A stretch of 20,032 nt of DNA. Source: a bacterium. GTDB lineage: Bacteria > SAR324 > NAC60-12. The notes below the pieces were generated by a model. That model saw only the letters and a list, made by a program, of their open reading frames with translations. It was not told the DNA's origin and searched no databases. Positions within the stretch are counted from its first letter, which is position 1. The number at the start of each line of letters is the position of its first letter. The position numbers and the translations under genes are program-made. The stretch lies in assembly GCA_965233585.1 (NCBI GenBank), contig CBDDTI010000743.1, positions 1 through 20,032 of the forward strand, written 5' to 3'. Shown here piece by piece: positions 1 through 9,887 of this stretch.

Positions 1-62
1 CAGAGATAATGATCACGAGGTAGACAGTCCAGGCTAACATCCAGTCTTGGGCTTTCGGTTCA
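1..62 (-). repeat. Start of a second, related LTR running off the left edge of the window
   Basis: Minus strand from 62 reads TGAACCGAAAGCCCAAGA, nearly identical to the LTR start at 409 (TGAACCGAAAAGCCCAAGA); flanked by ATAT at 63-66. Confidence 0.5.
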
Positions 63-173
63 ATATCAAGAGATTAAGTGATAGTGTTAGTGAGACAAGA
101 AAGAATTCAAGCTTCAAGACCAACTTGAAGAACATAGTGATATCCTTCTTTGTTCATCTTGCAACATATATAT

Positions 174-409
174 TGAACCGTGCCGGTCTTGCCGGTCAAT
201 TATCTGGAGAGGCTTGATCGAAGATGAAGTTTCTGAATCAGATTTGAATCCCCCCAAGGACAGACTGTTTGAAACCGAAAGCATGAGTCTCTCCTATTCT
301 GTGGTCCTGACTCGACTGACTGTACATTCATACAAAATGGAAAAAAGAAGGAATAAATGTGACATAACATTATTGAATCTCCTGATTGGTTCTTGGGCTT
401 TTCGGTTCA
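174..409 (-). repeat. 3' LTR (236 bp) of a Gypsy-type retrotransposon
   Basis: Inverted termini TGAACCG...CGGTTCA (TG...CA). On the minus strand it is directly preceded by a purine-rich tract and followed by ATAT (170-173). Confidence 0.7.
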
Positions 410-425
410 TCTGCCCCGTTTTTTT
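410..425 (-). other. Polypurine tract (plus-strand primer site)
   Basis: AAAAAAACGGGGCAGA immediately upstream of the LTR TG on the minus strand. Confidence 0.6.
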
Positions 426-2425
426 GAGTGAGGTTGCGAGAGCCCGAACTCACTATAGAGGTTGCCCAATCACTAAAACTGCAGGTTCCTGGTTTCACGT
501 GTATCACCCACATTCACCCTTTTCTCTTTGCATTGTGGTTTCTTTATCGCGTCATTATCATTACTAGTGTCCTTTATCACTTATTGTCGATTACAGCGTC
601 TCTGTCACTTTTATCAAGACTATGGGTGGTTCACAATGTGCAACTGCCATGGGTGTCAAAGGCCAATGTTTCATTACGTTTCCAATTGGCCCCTTCAGGA
701 GCAGATTGTCTGGTGACTTGCGAGGGGGGAGCCGTGGATCGAGGCGGTGGGAGTCCGACGAGATTTGCAGCCGCCAGCGGTGGTCCCGTAGGTGTGGTGG
801 ATTGGATGGCCCGAGAGTCAGCAGCAGAAGGTGTGATGTCCTTCGCGGGACCGGTGGTGAGAGTAGCGGGTACCGGAGCAGCTCACACCGGGATCCCGAC
901 AGTCACAGGCAGCATAAATGGCGGCCTGATTGGTTATTGGAATACATCAGGGACGTTTTAGAGGCCGGGAACAATGGGTAAACATTGGACACTGCCCGGT
1001 TACGTCGCGGAAGGGGCGGGCCTTCATCCTCATGAATCGCAATATATTCGTGGTGAACTGGAGCCCAGGGCACCCGGGGTGGTTGGTCTAAACTTATTAA
1101 TACTTTTTTTTTGAGGGGGGTTAGTTAACTGTGGTTGCACATCTCTATGGTTGTTTTGATGCAAACTCTTTGCTGTTAGCAGGCAGCAGAAGAGAGGCAG
1201 CTGAATCAGTGGATTGTCTGTGTGCAGCGAAGTTGAATCGGTTGTTAGACATCCCCTTCATGTGTAGCGATCTTCCCTCTAATTTTTGACTGTTGACGTC
1301 TTTGGATTGAGGTGAATAAAAAGGTGGGGCGAGTATTTTTGCCGCAGAAATACTCTTTGTGGATGATGGCACGGTTGATGTTGACTCTTCAATTCTCAGA
1401 TCAAGTATTAGGTTAGAGGTTCACCTAAATATTTCAAGCCTACAACGGGATTTGGCTATAAGGGGAAAAAACAAAGAGGTTGGGGTTTCCTTACTAGAGG
1501 GCTAGGGCTGGTAACAGAAATGGTCTTAGACTGGCAGAAAGTCACATTGGAATATTTTTGGATGAAATTTTTACTAGCTACTTAAATGAAAGAGAGAGCA
1601 TTTATTTGAATAAGGTTTTTAAATCTTAAGATCTTCTCTACCACTGAAAAGTCTAGTGCCTGTCTCCTTTGTTTTTAAAATTTCTTTGGCCACAAAACCA
1701 TTACAAAAACTAGAAATAGATATGTTTTATGCTGCTCTTGTAGACAACTCTCCCGGTTGCAACTTCTTACTAAGCTTTCATAGCATCTTCCCTTGTAGGA
1801 GCAACCAAGTGAACGCCATGCACAATGCTAGACTGTGCCTCTAACCTAGTACTTGCTCTGAGCAAAGATATTAGAGTACTCATAGATCCATAAAGACTCA
1901 ATAATAATGGTACACGTCACATTGGTGCCATAGTGGAAAATTCTGGTCTTTACAGAATACATATTCACATATACATATTCCAGAATATATCTCTATTTCT
2001 CAGGGTTACCAGAGGCCAGAATTTCAATAATTTACATAGCAAGTGTATGGACCCATTGAAAGGGAAATGAACAATTGTGTCTGCCCTTGAAAAGCCCAAA
2101 GATATTAGAGAAATTGATAGATCAACAAGCACCTACATATGTTATTGTATGTTTCTCTAGCTTGCGAAGTATTACAATCTCTCCGGAAAATCCATGCAGT
2201 TTCCAACAGAATTTTCCAGTAATCTTTTTATACCACAGCTCTATGCTATAACCTGCTTCTCTAACTATGAAGTACTATAAACTCTTTGGCTCTGAGCTTC
2301 AATTCCTCCCCCAAACTTTGATACCAGCGCCATCTGTAGGCTATCAGCTTAAACTTTGATCCACAAAGATAATAGGGCATTTTTTAAAATAGTACTGATT
2401 TTGAGCACTAGATTGCGCCACCAAG

Positions 2426-2513
2426 TGACGTCATCAATGATGTCATCAATGACATCATCTGTGATGGTAGAAGTTTCATCATGATGCCATTGATGATGTC
2501 ATTGATGACATCA
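2426..2513. repeat. Imperfect inverted repeat (32-bp arms) built from TGATGTCATCAA units
   Basis: Arm 2426-2457 matches the reverse complement of 2482-2513 at 28/32 positions; followed by GGCGGGAAAATTTAAA. Confidence 0.6.
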
Positions 2514-2699
2514 ATGATGGCGGGAAAATTTAAATATGGGGTGAAAAAATTTTAGCATTTTTGGATATTACCCAGGATTAGCTTGGATAAAACAAAAATT
2601 ACAAAAAGTGAAATTGATAGATAACAATACAATGTAACTTTTTGAAAGTTTTGAAAGTTAACTTCCCAGAAAGACCAGAGATACACAGAGAGACACGCA

Positions 2700-3660
2700 A
2701 TCGCAGTTGTCCACCACGATGTCTCCCTAATTGTCCGTCTCCATCACCGGAAAGAGGAACATGTCCTCGATGTTGGTTGCCATCAGCACACAGCCGCACT
2801 GGCTGTTCAACCCCGTAGGTCTGACTCAGATCTTCTCCCCTACTTCCACGCTGATGACAGCCTCAGCTTGGTGCTGATCTTGGGGAGCATCAGGGTCGGA
2901 GATGTTGGCGTGGAGCTGGTACCCGAGGAACTCTCTCACCAGCATGACCTGGCTATAGTTGCTCTCCCTGATGTTCCAGACGTACGTTCGTCCCTTGGCA
3001 TAACCTTGCCCGGCCTCCCAAGGGCAGGGGAGTGACCACTGACTGTTCCCATCCACAACTTTGCCGTCCTTGATGACGCACGGCTTGGCAGGCAGTCTCG
3101 TAGGTCTGATCTGTGGGGAGACTGGCTTTGGTGTAGGTGCGGCTGTGGACCAGGTACAAGACATAAGAGGATTTATTCAGCGGGATGGGATGACTGAAGT
3201 CCTGACCATGCATCGAGGTGGAGTAGGTGGAAGGCCGGTAGCTGGGAGTGCAACCCACGTCAAACATTACTCAAAGGTGACCCTCTGTGGAACGGAGAAC
3301 GACCAATGGATGGGGTCCAGTTCAAGGTGCCCATAGACTCCACAATTGTAATGTAGGTCAGTCCTAGAAAGCGAACAAGAGTAGGTTGTAATGTACCTTT
3401 TCTTTTCCCTTTTCAGGAGCTGGAATCTAGTAGGCTTCTTCAGTTGTACAAGGGTTGCCCGAACACTGCATCGCATGGCTGGGATGCTACTTTACGCCTG
3501 GACCTCAGTCGAATCGGAGCAGTCATACGCTGTCAAGTGGTAACGATTCCCAACAACACCATACTTGTTGTGGAGGGCGAAACGATCAGCAGTAGTCGAA
3601 GGGCGGTACGAGAGGACGCAAACTAAGTTGATCATCGCCAGGAGAGAAAAGGCTTGTCCT
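2700..3660 (-). pseudogene. env: env-like envelope glycoprotein ectodomain (chuvirus-glycoprotein-like), disrupted and 3'-truncated
   Basis: Hydrophobic signal-like AFSLLAMINLVCVL, then LTAYDC..RC..FQLL..YSC..YNCGVYGH..CLTW..LPCPWEAG..RTYVW..SQCG..ATNI pieced together across in-frame stops (3492, 3267) and frameshifts. The cysteine pattern resembles chuvirus-type glycoproteins. Confidence 0.6.
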
Positions 3661-4699
3661 CGTAGACCACCATTGTCGGGATCCAAAGGAGCCGTGTCCG
3701 GAGTGGAGAGCTCCATCACGGTGGTTGAAGACCCATGCCGAGGAGATGATGGCGGGGTGAAGACATCATCCTGCAAGACTTCGGGAACGACAGGGAGAGT
3801 TCCTTCATCCAAGACTGGACTGCTGCAGGGCCAAACCTGAGAACTCTTGGCGAATGAAGTCTGTGAACGGGGAGCTTCCCAGGTTTTGGCGGTTTCCAGA
3901 AGAGGAACGGAGGATGTTGGAAGGTCACTGGCAGTCATCGTTGCGGAATCTGCATGGAGAGGAGAGCGTTGGGTGTTATCCGAACGATCAGAGGGACTTA
4001 CAACATTTGTGTGCTCATGAGGGATGAGAATAGATGGAGAGATGTCATCCGGGTAGACCACTGATAGTTGAGTCCGTTGTGGTTCGGTACAAGCACTCGT
4101 AGTCCTGCCCTCTCTAAGGCTAGGGGCATAGACGTCACCAACATCTTGGTTCAGCGCACGGGTGGCAGCAGCATCGTCTGTGGTGACCCAGGAGTTCCGC
4201 ATGGGAACTTCGGCGTTGCCGTCAGCCTCCTCCAGTTGGAGAAGGTCAAAGTCAACCCGCTGGGGAGTGTTGTCGTCCCCTTGGCATCGTTCCAGCTGGT
4301 TCAGGGAGACTGTAATGGGCCTGGGCTGTCCAAGGGCATCTTTGATGGTGAGGTAGATGATGGGAATTGACCTCTCTTTCTTGGATTTAGGGCCCTTGGA
4401 CTGCATTGTCAGATACATGCAGCTAGAAGCCAGAGGTTGTGGCAGTGGTGGAGGAAGCACCCAGTTGCCCAGGAGAATGAAAGGTCTCATCACAGGTGAG
4501 GGAGCTCTGAGCTAGTCGTCGCCAAAGATGGAGTTGCTTGAATGGAACAGGTGGTGAGAAGCTGGAGGTAAGAAACCTTTTAATGATCATGCAAAAAACG
4601 ATACTCAGTCCACCTATTGACAAGCGATCCCCATTCTTTCAGCCAGTTCCACCTCCCTCCAAAGGAGAGCATTTGCCAGTTAGCAGAATCAACCAGATC

Positions 4700-6999
4700 C
4701 GAGGGGAAGATGACGAGCAGTGTCAGTAAGAGTTGGTTCTCTGGTTGTAGCTTGCGGACCTGACATGCCAACTTGTAGGTATGAGCTTCCCAGGTAACAG
4801 GAGTCACCAAGAAACTTTGTAGTGGGGAGAGCTTTGGGGAATCAGAGAGGGCCACCTGGAGGGGAGTCTTTAGACTCAACTGCATTTCTATTTCAATGAG
4901 GGCACTTGGTAGGCAGGGGCAAGAGAGTTGGTGCTTGGCAAATCTCCGGTTTGACCAAGATTTGCCCTTGATGATTCTTGCAAGCGCCTGGGAAAAGGAC
5001 AGTGCCTGGGACCTCTGATTCAAGGTGTGGCAGCAGTTGCGAATCTGGGCCCAAGAAGTATTTGATGCTCTCGGTGAAGCTTAAACTTCCAAAGGTCAAC
5101 AGCTGGAGGAGACGCAGGACCACATGCAACTCATTGCGGCACTGCGAGGAAAAATTAGGGTGAACTATTCTGGTTTGACAACAGTACCTGCAATTGGCCT
5201 TGCCCAGACCATGCCAGCAAATTCGCCATCTTGGAGGAGAAAGGGTTGGTAACCATGCATGCCTTGTTCGAAGAAGGGGGCTTCCTGCATTGCCTCCTGT
5301 AGATGGTGACAATCCTGACAGGAGAATGGCAGCAAACTCAGACGGAACGGGAGAAAGTGGTTCTTTCTGGTTCATGCTACATTTGTGGAAGACAACCCCA
5401 CCATGATGAATCTCCCTGGTGGATAAACTGTCCCAAAGACCCTTAGCTGGACAGCAATGGACACCTTCTTTGATCATAGGGTACAAGAAGATCCTAGGTA
5501 CATGAATTCTCATGGCCACCAAGCCACATTGGTTGACTTGTCCTTCAGACTTAATCCAAGTTTTTTCTTCTTCCTCAGCACTGATGATGATCTGGGCTTC
5601 ACGGAACTCCCCATACTGGGTGTCCGCAGAGATGTTGCTGCTCAGGTGTTCCCAAACTTAATCCCATTGGGCTTGGTATCGTTGGCTCAGGCCCCAAAAC
5701 ATTGAGTGGAGATCCCAGTGAAGTTGCCTGGCCTGCTGAGATGTCTCCGCATCATGTGAGACTTGGAGTTGGTAGCATTGTCTGGTGGGACCTGCGGGGA
5801 CTGTAGGAACCAGGAATACAGATGATGTTGTGCCCAGAAAACCCTTTTGCTGGTACTGACAGCCATGGGGAAATCTCGAGCCATTTACTAGAAACATCCT
5901 TGAGGATTAGCAAGAACTGATTACCTCGGGAACTCACCCTCATCGCCCCAAGAATGTCCGTACCCCAAACCTGGAAAGGAGCACCTGCTTGGACACAGGG
6001 CTGGTAGGCATCTTTCTGTGCTGGAGGGCATCGGTCAGTGGCGGCTTTTCCAACATGTCCCAGGGACCGATGGACAGACTCGAAAGGATTCTTTATCACA
6101 GTTGTTAGGACTAACATGATCCTGGTTCCCATTTGGCTTTCCAGTTGGTTCTGGATGACCCAAATCTGCCTGTTGGGGTTCCAGCCAAACTGGCTGAGCA
6201 AGGTCAACAACTTCAACAACAACAAAGTCTGCCAGTGTTGGATGTCAGCAATGTCCTCACCTTGACCCGGATGTTGCTGCACCCCTTGGACAGTCAGGCC
6301 AGCAGATTCCTGCAAAATCACAACAATGGCCTCTTCGTTGACAAGGACTTCTTTGCCACCAGGCAAAGGGTAAGATGTGAAAACAGCCTGAGGCAGAGTG
6401 TCCGTAATGTCCATTCTTGGCATAGAGAAAAATATATATAGAGCGGTAAAGCCACGACAGCCTACCGTCTAGCGGGGAATACATTAAAAACTCAGCGGTG
6501 CCGTGCCGCCGTCGGCTATTCCTGCCAATTTTTTATTACATAAATATGGTATATATATAACATGTATATATCTGATATAAATTTGATGTATATACATGTA
6601 TAGAATATACGTATATAAATATATATATAAAATAAATATTTATATAAGATTTATTTGGCCTCAAAGTTCACTTAATAGTATTAAGCAAATTTCAGAAGAG
6701 AGACCCGTCCGCCGTGACACGCCGATGGACGTAGTGTACTTCACACAGTCCAGTGAGAGGTAGCTGACGCTTTTCCACTCTATATCTTTTCTCTATGGTT
6801 CTTGGCATTGAGCAGTACAGCCTGAGCTGCCCAAAACTTCCAGTCAACAGATGACCAGTCCAGTCAGAGACTCAAGAGATTGGATCCATGTCGGGCTGGG
6901 GTTGTTGATGGGAAGGATAAAGGGTTTCAGGTAGAATTGGGAGTAAGACAAGATGAGCCCAGGCAGCAGCTTCCTCTTCATTTGCTTTAATTCATGCAC
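4700..6999 (-). pseudogene. pol: Gypsy pol remnant (RT-RNaseH connector and integrase)
   Basis: HRSLGHVG (zinc-finger His pair) and GAPFQVWGTDILGAMRVSSRGNQFLLILKDVSSKWLE (start of integrase core) in ORF 5752-6423. ELKQMKRKLLPGLILSYSQFYLKPFIL near 6900-6999 resembles the RT/RNaseH connector. Many stops and frameshifts. Confidence 0.75.
6421..6797. mobile_element. MITE / non-autonomous DNA transposon (377 bp; hAT- or P-like, 8-bp TSD)
   Basis: TIRs CATAGAGAAAA(AT)ATATAGAG...CTCTATATCTTTTCTCTATG; flanks ATTCTTGG (6413-6420) and GTTCTTGG (6798-6805), 7/8 identical; AT-rich non-coding interior. Confidence 0.8.
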
Positions 7000-7194
7000 A
7001 GTAGTAGGGTTGTGGAGTAATGTCCCTACATCACTCTCATTCGAGCTTGTTACGCTCTAAAATCACCTTAAAACGTTCTCAAAACACCTTAAAACAGGCT
7101 GAAACCGTCTTTCAACCATCCGTTTACCGATAAAAACCATCTTGATGCGCTCTCAAAACACCTTGATGGCATCTACATTAAGGTTGTTTCAACC

Positions 7195-7490
7195 TGAAAT
7201 CGGCTTGTAATCGTCTGCAACCGGCTTGTTTTCGTCTGCAATCGGCTTGCAACAGGCTCGATCGAGCCTGCAATCGGCTTGTTTTCGTCTGCAATCGGCT
7301 TGCAACAACCTCAATCGAGCCTGCAATCGGCTTGTTTTCGTCTGCAATCGGCTTGCAACAGGCTCAATCGAGCCTGCAATCGGCTTGTTTTCGTCTGCAA
7401 TCGGCTTGCAACAGGCTCAATCGAGCCTGTAATCGGCTTGTTTTCGTCTGCAATCGGCCTGTTGCAAGCCGATTGCAAGCCGTTTGCAAC
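7195..7490 (+). repeat. 53-bp tandem repeat (~4.5 copies) of CTGCAATCGGCTTG sub-units, ending in an inverted sub-unit
   Basis: GTTTTCGTCTGCAATCGG recurs at 7228, 7281, 7334, 7387 and 7440; TTGCAAGCCGATTGCA at ~7462 is the reverse complement of the core. Confidence 0.9.
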
Positions 7491-7628
7491 ATCAATTTTT
7501 CCACTTTCAACGTCTTGAATCAGTTCAAGGTTCTGAGAACGGAAAACGTTCAATTTCCACTTTCAACGTCTTGAATCAGTTCGGGGGCGCGAAGAAAGGT
7601 TCTGAGAACGAAAAACGTTCAATTTCCC
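7491..7628 (+). repeat. Two-copy direct repeat in the terminal region
   Basis: TTTCCACTTTCAACGTCTTGAATCAGTTC and AAGGTTCTGAGAACG(G/A)AAAACGTTCAATTTCC each occur twice. Confidence 0.85.
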
Positions 7629-7989
7629 GTGTTCAAGCGGTTTGACTGTTCCTCAAATATTCTTTCATGTTCAAACTTTATTTCTTTAAAATTAAAGCAA
7701 CTCGCGCGCCAACGCGTTTTAAATTTCAACTCGCGCCGTATGCAAAGATTTAAGCTCAAATTTTAATTACGTTGGGGGGAAGGGGTGTCCAAATGCTTTT
7801 CCTCAACATTGATGTAACAAATTTCACAGTCAATTTCAATCAATCCAAAATTCAACACGTATCAAGAAATTCGGCACTTACCTTACAATTTCGTGGCAAT
7901 CCTGTAAATCTCCAAATTTTCAATTTATTTTGGATTTTCACGAATGCCACAACATTGTGAGCAAGCAACAACTAAATATTTTAAAAGTG

Positions 7990-9070
7990 ATAAAAGAAAA
8001 AATTGTTAGGTTTCATGCTTTTATTGTTTGGCTGGGTGGTCCGAAAGTTCCTGGAAAAATAATTCGGATCTCCAACAAACGATAAAATTATGATCAACCA
8101 TCAACTCCCATCAAAACACATCCTCGAGTCAGAAAAATTATAACGTTTCATGTTTTTAGCGAATGTGACAGGTTTAAATTTTTAACAAATTCATTTAGAC
8201 TTCTCATAATCGCTTTAAAACGTCGAACGATCTACAATTCTGCTTTAAATTTATAATCATTATTTTTCTGTTGTCAAGATTGTTATTCACGATTTTTTGG
8301 TCCTTGTGTACATTTTAGAGTGAGTTTGAAATTTCTCAGTCTATTTTGTATGCAAAAAACTAGAAAATCATAAACAGCGGAATATCTTCATCCTAATTGT
8401 CAAGAACATTTTCTCACGCTTTTTTGGCCTTTGTGTAGCTGCTGAATTATTTTATTAAGCTCTACCCAAGGGCCGATAAATTATGAGAAGGCACTTCAAA
8501 TACTCCGCCGAATAAGATTTTATAAAATGCGACATGTTGATTTAATTTGTGAGTGGTTTTCATCATCCATCAAGAATACCGTTCTTTACACTCTTTTGGC
8601 AGTATGTGAAGCTCAAATTTTTCCATACATTATTTGCGTTTTACAAACGCCTTAAGATTGTAAATAATCCACATCATCGTCATTAAGAAGATTATTCTCT
8701 TAGGTTTTTCACTGTCGATTATTCGCTTAATTTTTATTTTATTAAGCAAATACTCTACGGTTTATAAACTATGAGAAGTTACTTCGAAAACTTTGTCAAA
8801 TACGTGTTTATAATTAGTAAATCGTGCTATAATATTTTATTGGTGAATGCGTTTGTGATTGTTTTCATCATTAATTGTGAACATCGGCTTCTCGTTCTTT
8901 TGGTAATTGTACGGCTCAAATTTTTTAAAAATAATTTGAGCCCTACAAACGCCTTAAGATTGGAAGCAATCTACATCGTCGGAAGCACATCCAAGCGCAA
9001 GACTTCATTGTCAAGAACATTGGTCATGCTTTTTAAATTCCTGTACGACGGCTGGATTTTAATTTATCAA
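7990..9070. repeat. Degenerate spaced repeat array, probably non-coding
   Basis: A motif like TCAAGAACATT..TCACGCTTTTTGG..TGTGTA..GCTCAAATTTTT recurs at ~8128, 8273, 8398, 8569, 8682, 8870 and 9009. ~8440-8670 and ~8725-8970 are diverged duplicates (both contain TTTTATTAAGC, ATGAGAAG and TACAAACGCCTTAAGATTG). Confidence 0.55.
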
Positions 9071-9131
9071 GCCACGTGCAAGAATTTGGAAATTGTGACA
9101 AACCACGTCGGAACTTCGAGCGCGCTTTTAA

Positions 9132-9170
9132 TATTTATTAGAAATGTCTGTGTAATATATCGTTTCAGTT
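9132..9170 (+). promoter_or_regulatory. Candidate TATA-like box plus arthropod-type initiator (TCAGTT)
   Basis: TATTTATT at 9132 and TCAGTT at 9165-9170, just upstream of the ATG at 9178. Confidence 0.3.
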
Positions 9171-9177
9171 GTGCATC

Positions 9178-9579
9178 ATGAGTGGTCAAGACAACAAGCA
9201 GTCAAAATCATCATCGTCGCACAATTCCGACTGGGGAGACGAATATACCGGTCCTGATGTTACCGGTATTTATGATACTTCCGACCCGAACCGCGTTGTG
9301 CATCATTCTTTGCGTCGCATGTGCGCGCATCTTCGTAAAATCAACGAAGCATTGGAATCTTTGGACAGTGAATTGGTGCAGTACAGGGCTTGCATCAAAG
9401 ACAAACTTCTTGGCAAACTTAATAATTCACGCGACTCCGATACCAAATTATGGTGGCATCGTGAAATTTCGAATGAAATGAAAGTGTTTCATTTTTATGC
9501 GTCATTTTGCATGAAATTGTTGTGTAAAGATTTCTGTTTAGAACATTATCCAATTCGTGAAGAAGTAGTAGAAGTATGA
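9178..9579 (+). CDS. Hypothetical Polinton accessory protein (133 aa)
   Basis: ORF from the ATG at 9178 (MSGQDNKQ...), with an Inr-like motif upstream and a stop overlapping the next ATG. No recognisable family. Confidence 0.6.
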   Translation: MSGQDNKQSKSSSSHNSDWGDEYTGPDVTGIYDTSDPNRVVHHSLRRMCAHLRKINEALESLDSELVQYRACIKDKLLGKLNNSRDSDTKLWWHREISNEMKVFHFYASFCMKLLCKDFCLEHYPIREEVVEV

Positions 9580-9782
9580 GCGTCTCTTTGCGCCGAACGA
9601 CAAGCTCTGACCAAGATAAAAAATCCCGTTTTGAAGAAGTAGACCAAGATACGTTTCATCAAGATTTGCAATCTCCTGATCTTTGTTCAAGAAACGATTG
9701 TTGTAGTCTGTGCGCGATGATTTTATCAATTTTTGTCATTACTTCCGTTTTTCTTTGGTTGATGTACGGATCTAACTTATAA
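9576..9782 (+). CDS. Small tail-anchored membrane protein (68 aa)
   Basis: ATGA overlap with the upstream ORF; hydrophilic N-terminus, Cys cluster CCSLC, C-terminal hydrophobic AMILSIFVITSVFLWLMY; AATAAA signals downstream. Confidence 0.55.
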   Translation: MSVSLRRTTSSDQDKKSRFEEVDQDTFHQDLQSPDLCSRNDCCSLCAMILSIFVITSVFLWLMYGSNL

Positions 9783-9825
9783 CGGTTTAAAGGCGCTTAA
9801 TTTTGCGAATCAAACTTTAGATATT

Positions 9826-9887
9826 TCTTTATTAAATCTCACCAATAATTCGTTATTTTCAAATAAAATGTTTTATTGAAATAAAAT
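9826..9887. terminator. Bidirectional polyadenylation signal region between convergent genes
   Basis: AATAAA on + at ~9862 and ~9880; TTTATT (AATAAA on -) at ~9828 and ~9873. Confidence 0.5.

Larger units (their letters stand above)
174..6999 (-). mobile_element. Decayed Ty3/Gypsy LTR retrotransposon with env-like gene (3' portion), interrupted by AT-rich DNA (~1085-2690) and a MITE, and cut at 6999 by the Polinton
   Basis: Minus-strand order RT/RNaseH connector - integrase - env-like - PPT - LTR, with many stops and frameshifts. Linking the LTR to the pol/env part across the 1085-2690 gap is an inference. Confidence 0.65.
7000..7630 (+). repeat. Putative left terminal inverted repeat region (right boundary uncertain); candidate 6-bp TSD ATGCAC at 6994-6999
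   Basis: Starts with (AGT)n, typical of Polinton ends, and is non-coding with internal tandem repeats. The partner TIR is outside the window. Confidence 0.65.

Noticed and set aside
214..981. Plus-strand ORFs of 117-177 aa
   Set aside because: Antisense to the retroelement 3' region and LTR, non-ATG or weak starts, no recognisable domains.
1085..2690. Host gene or exons in the AT-rich interval
   Set aside because: No convincing ORF, splice pattern or family motif; probably fragments of other repeats, left unassigned.
7195..7490. CRISPR-like array
   Set aside because: Units are near-identical tandem copies with no unique spacers; eukaryotic viral context and no cas genes.
7226..7574. Short ORFs on both strands in the 53-bp repeat
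   Set aside because: By-products of a repeat whose length is not a multiple of 3; the same peptides cycle through the frames.
8771..9181. 136-aa hydrophobic ORF
   Set aside because: Lies in the degenerate repeat array; the duplicate segment at ~8483 starts the same way (ATGAGAAG) but closes quickly, and the composition reflects AT-rich DNA.
9515..9545. Rb-binding LxCxE motif in the 133-aa ORF
   Set aside because: The sequence is LLCKDFCLE, which gives only LxCxD, not a true LxCxE.
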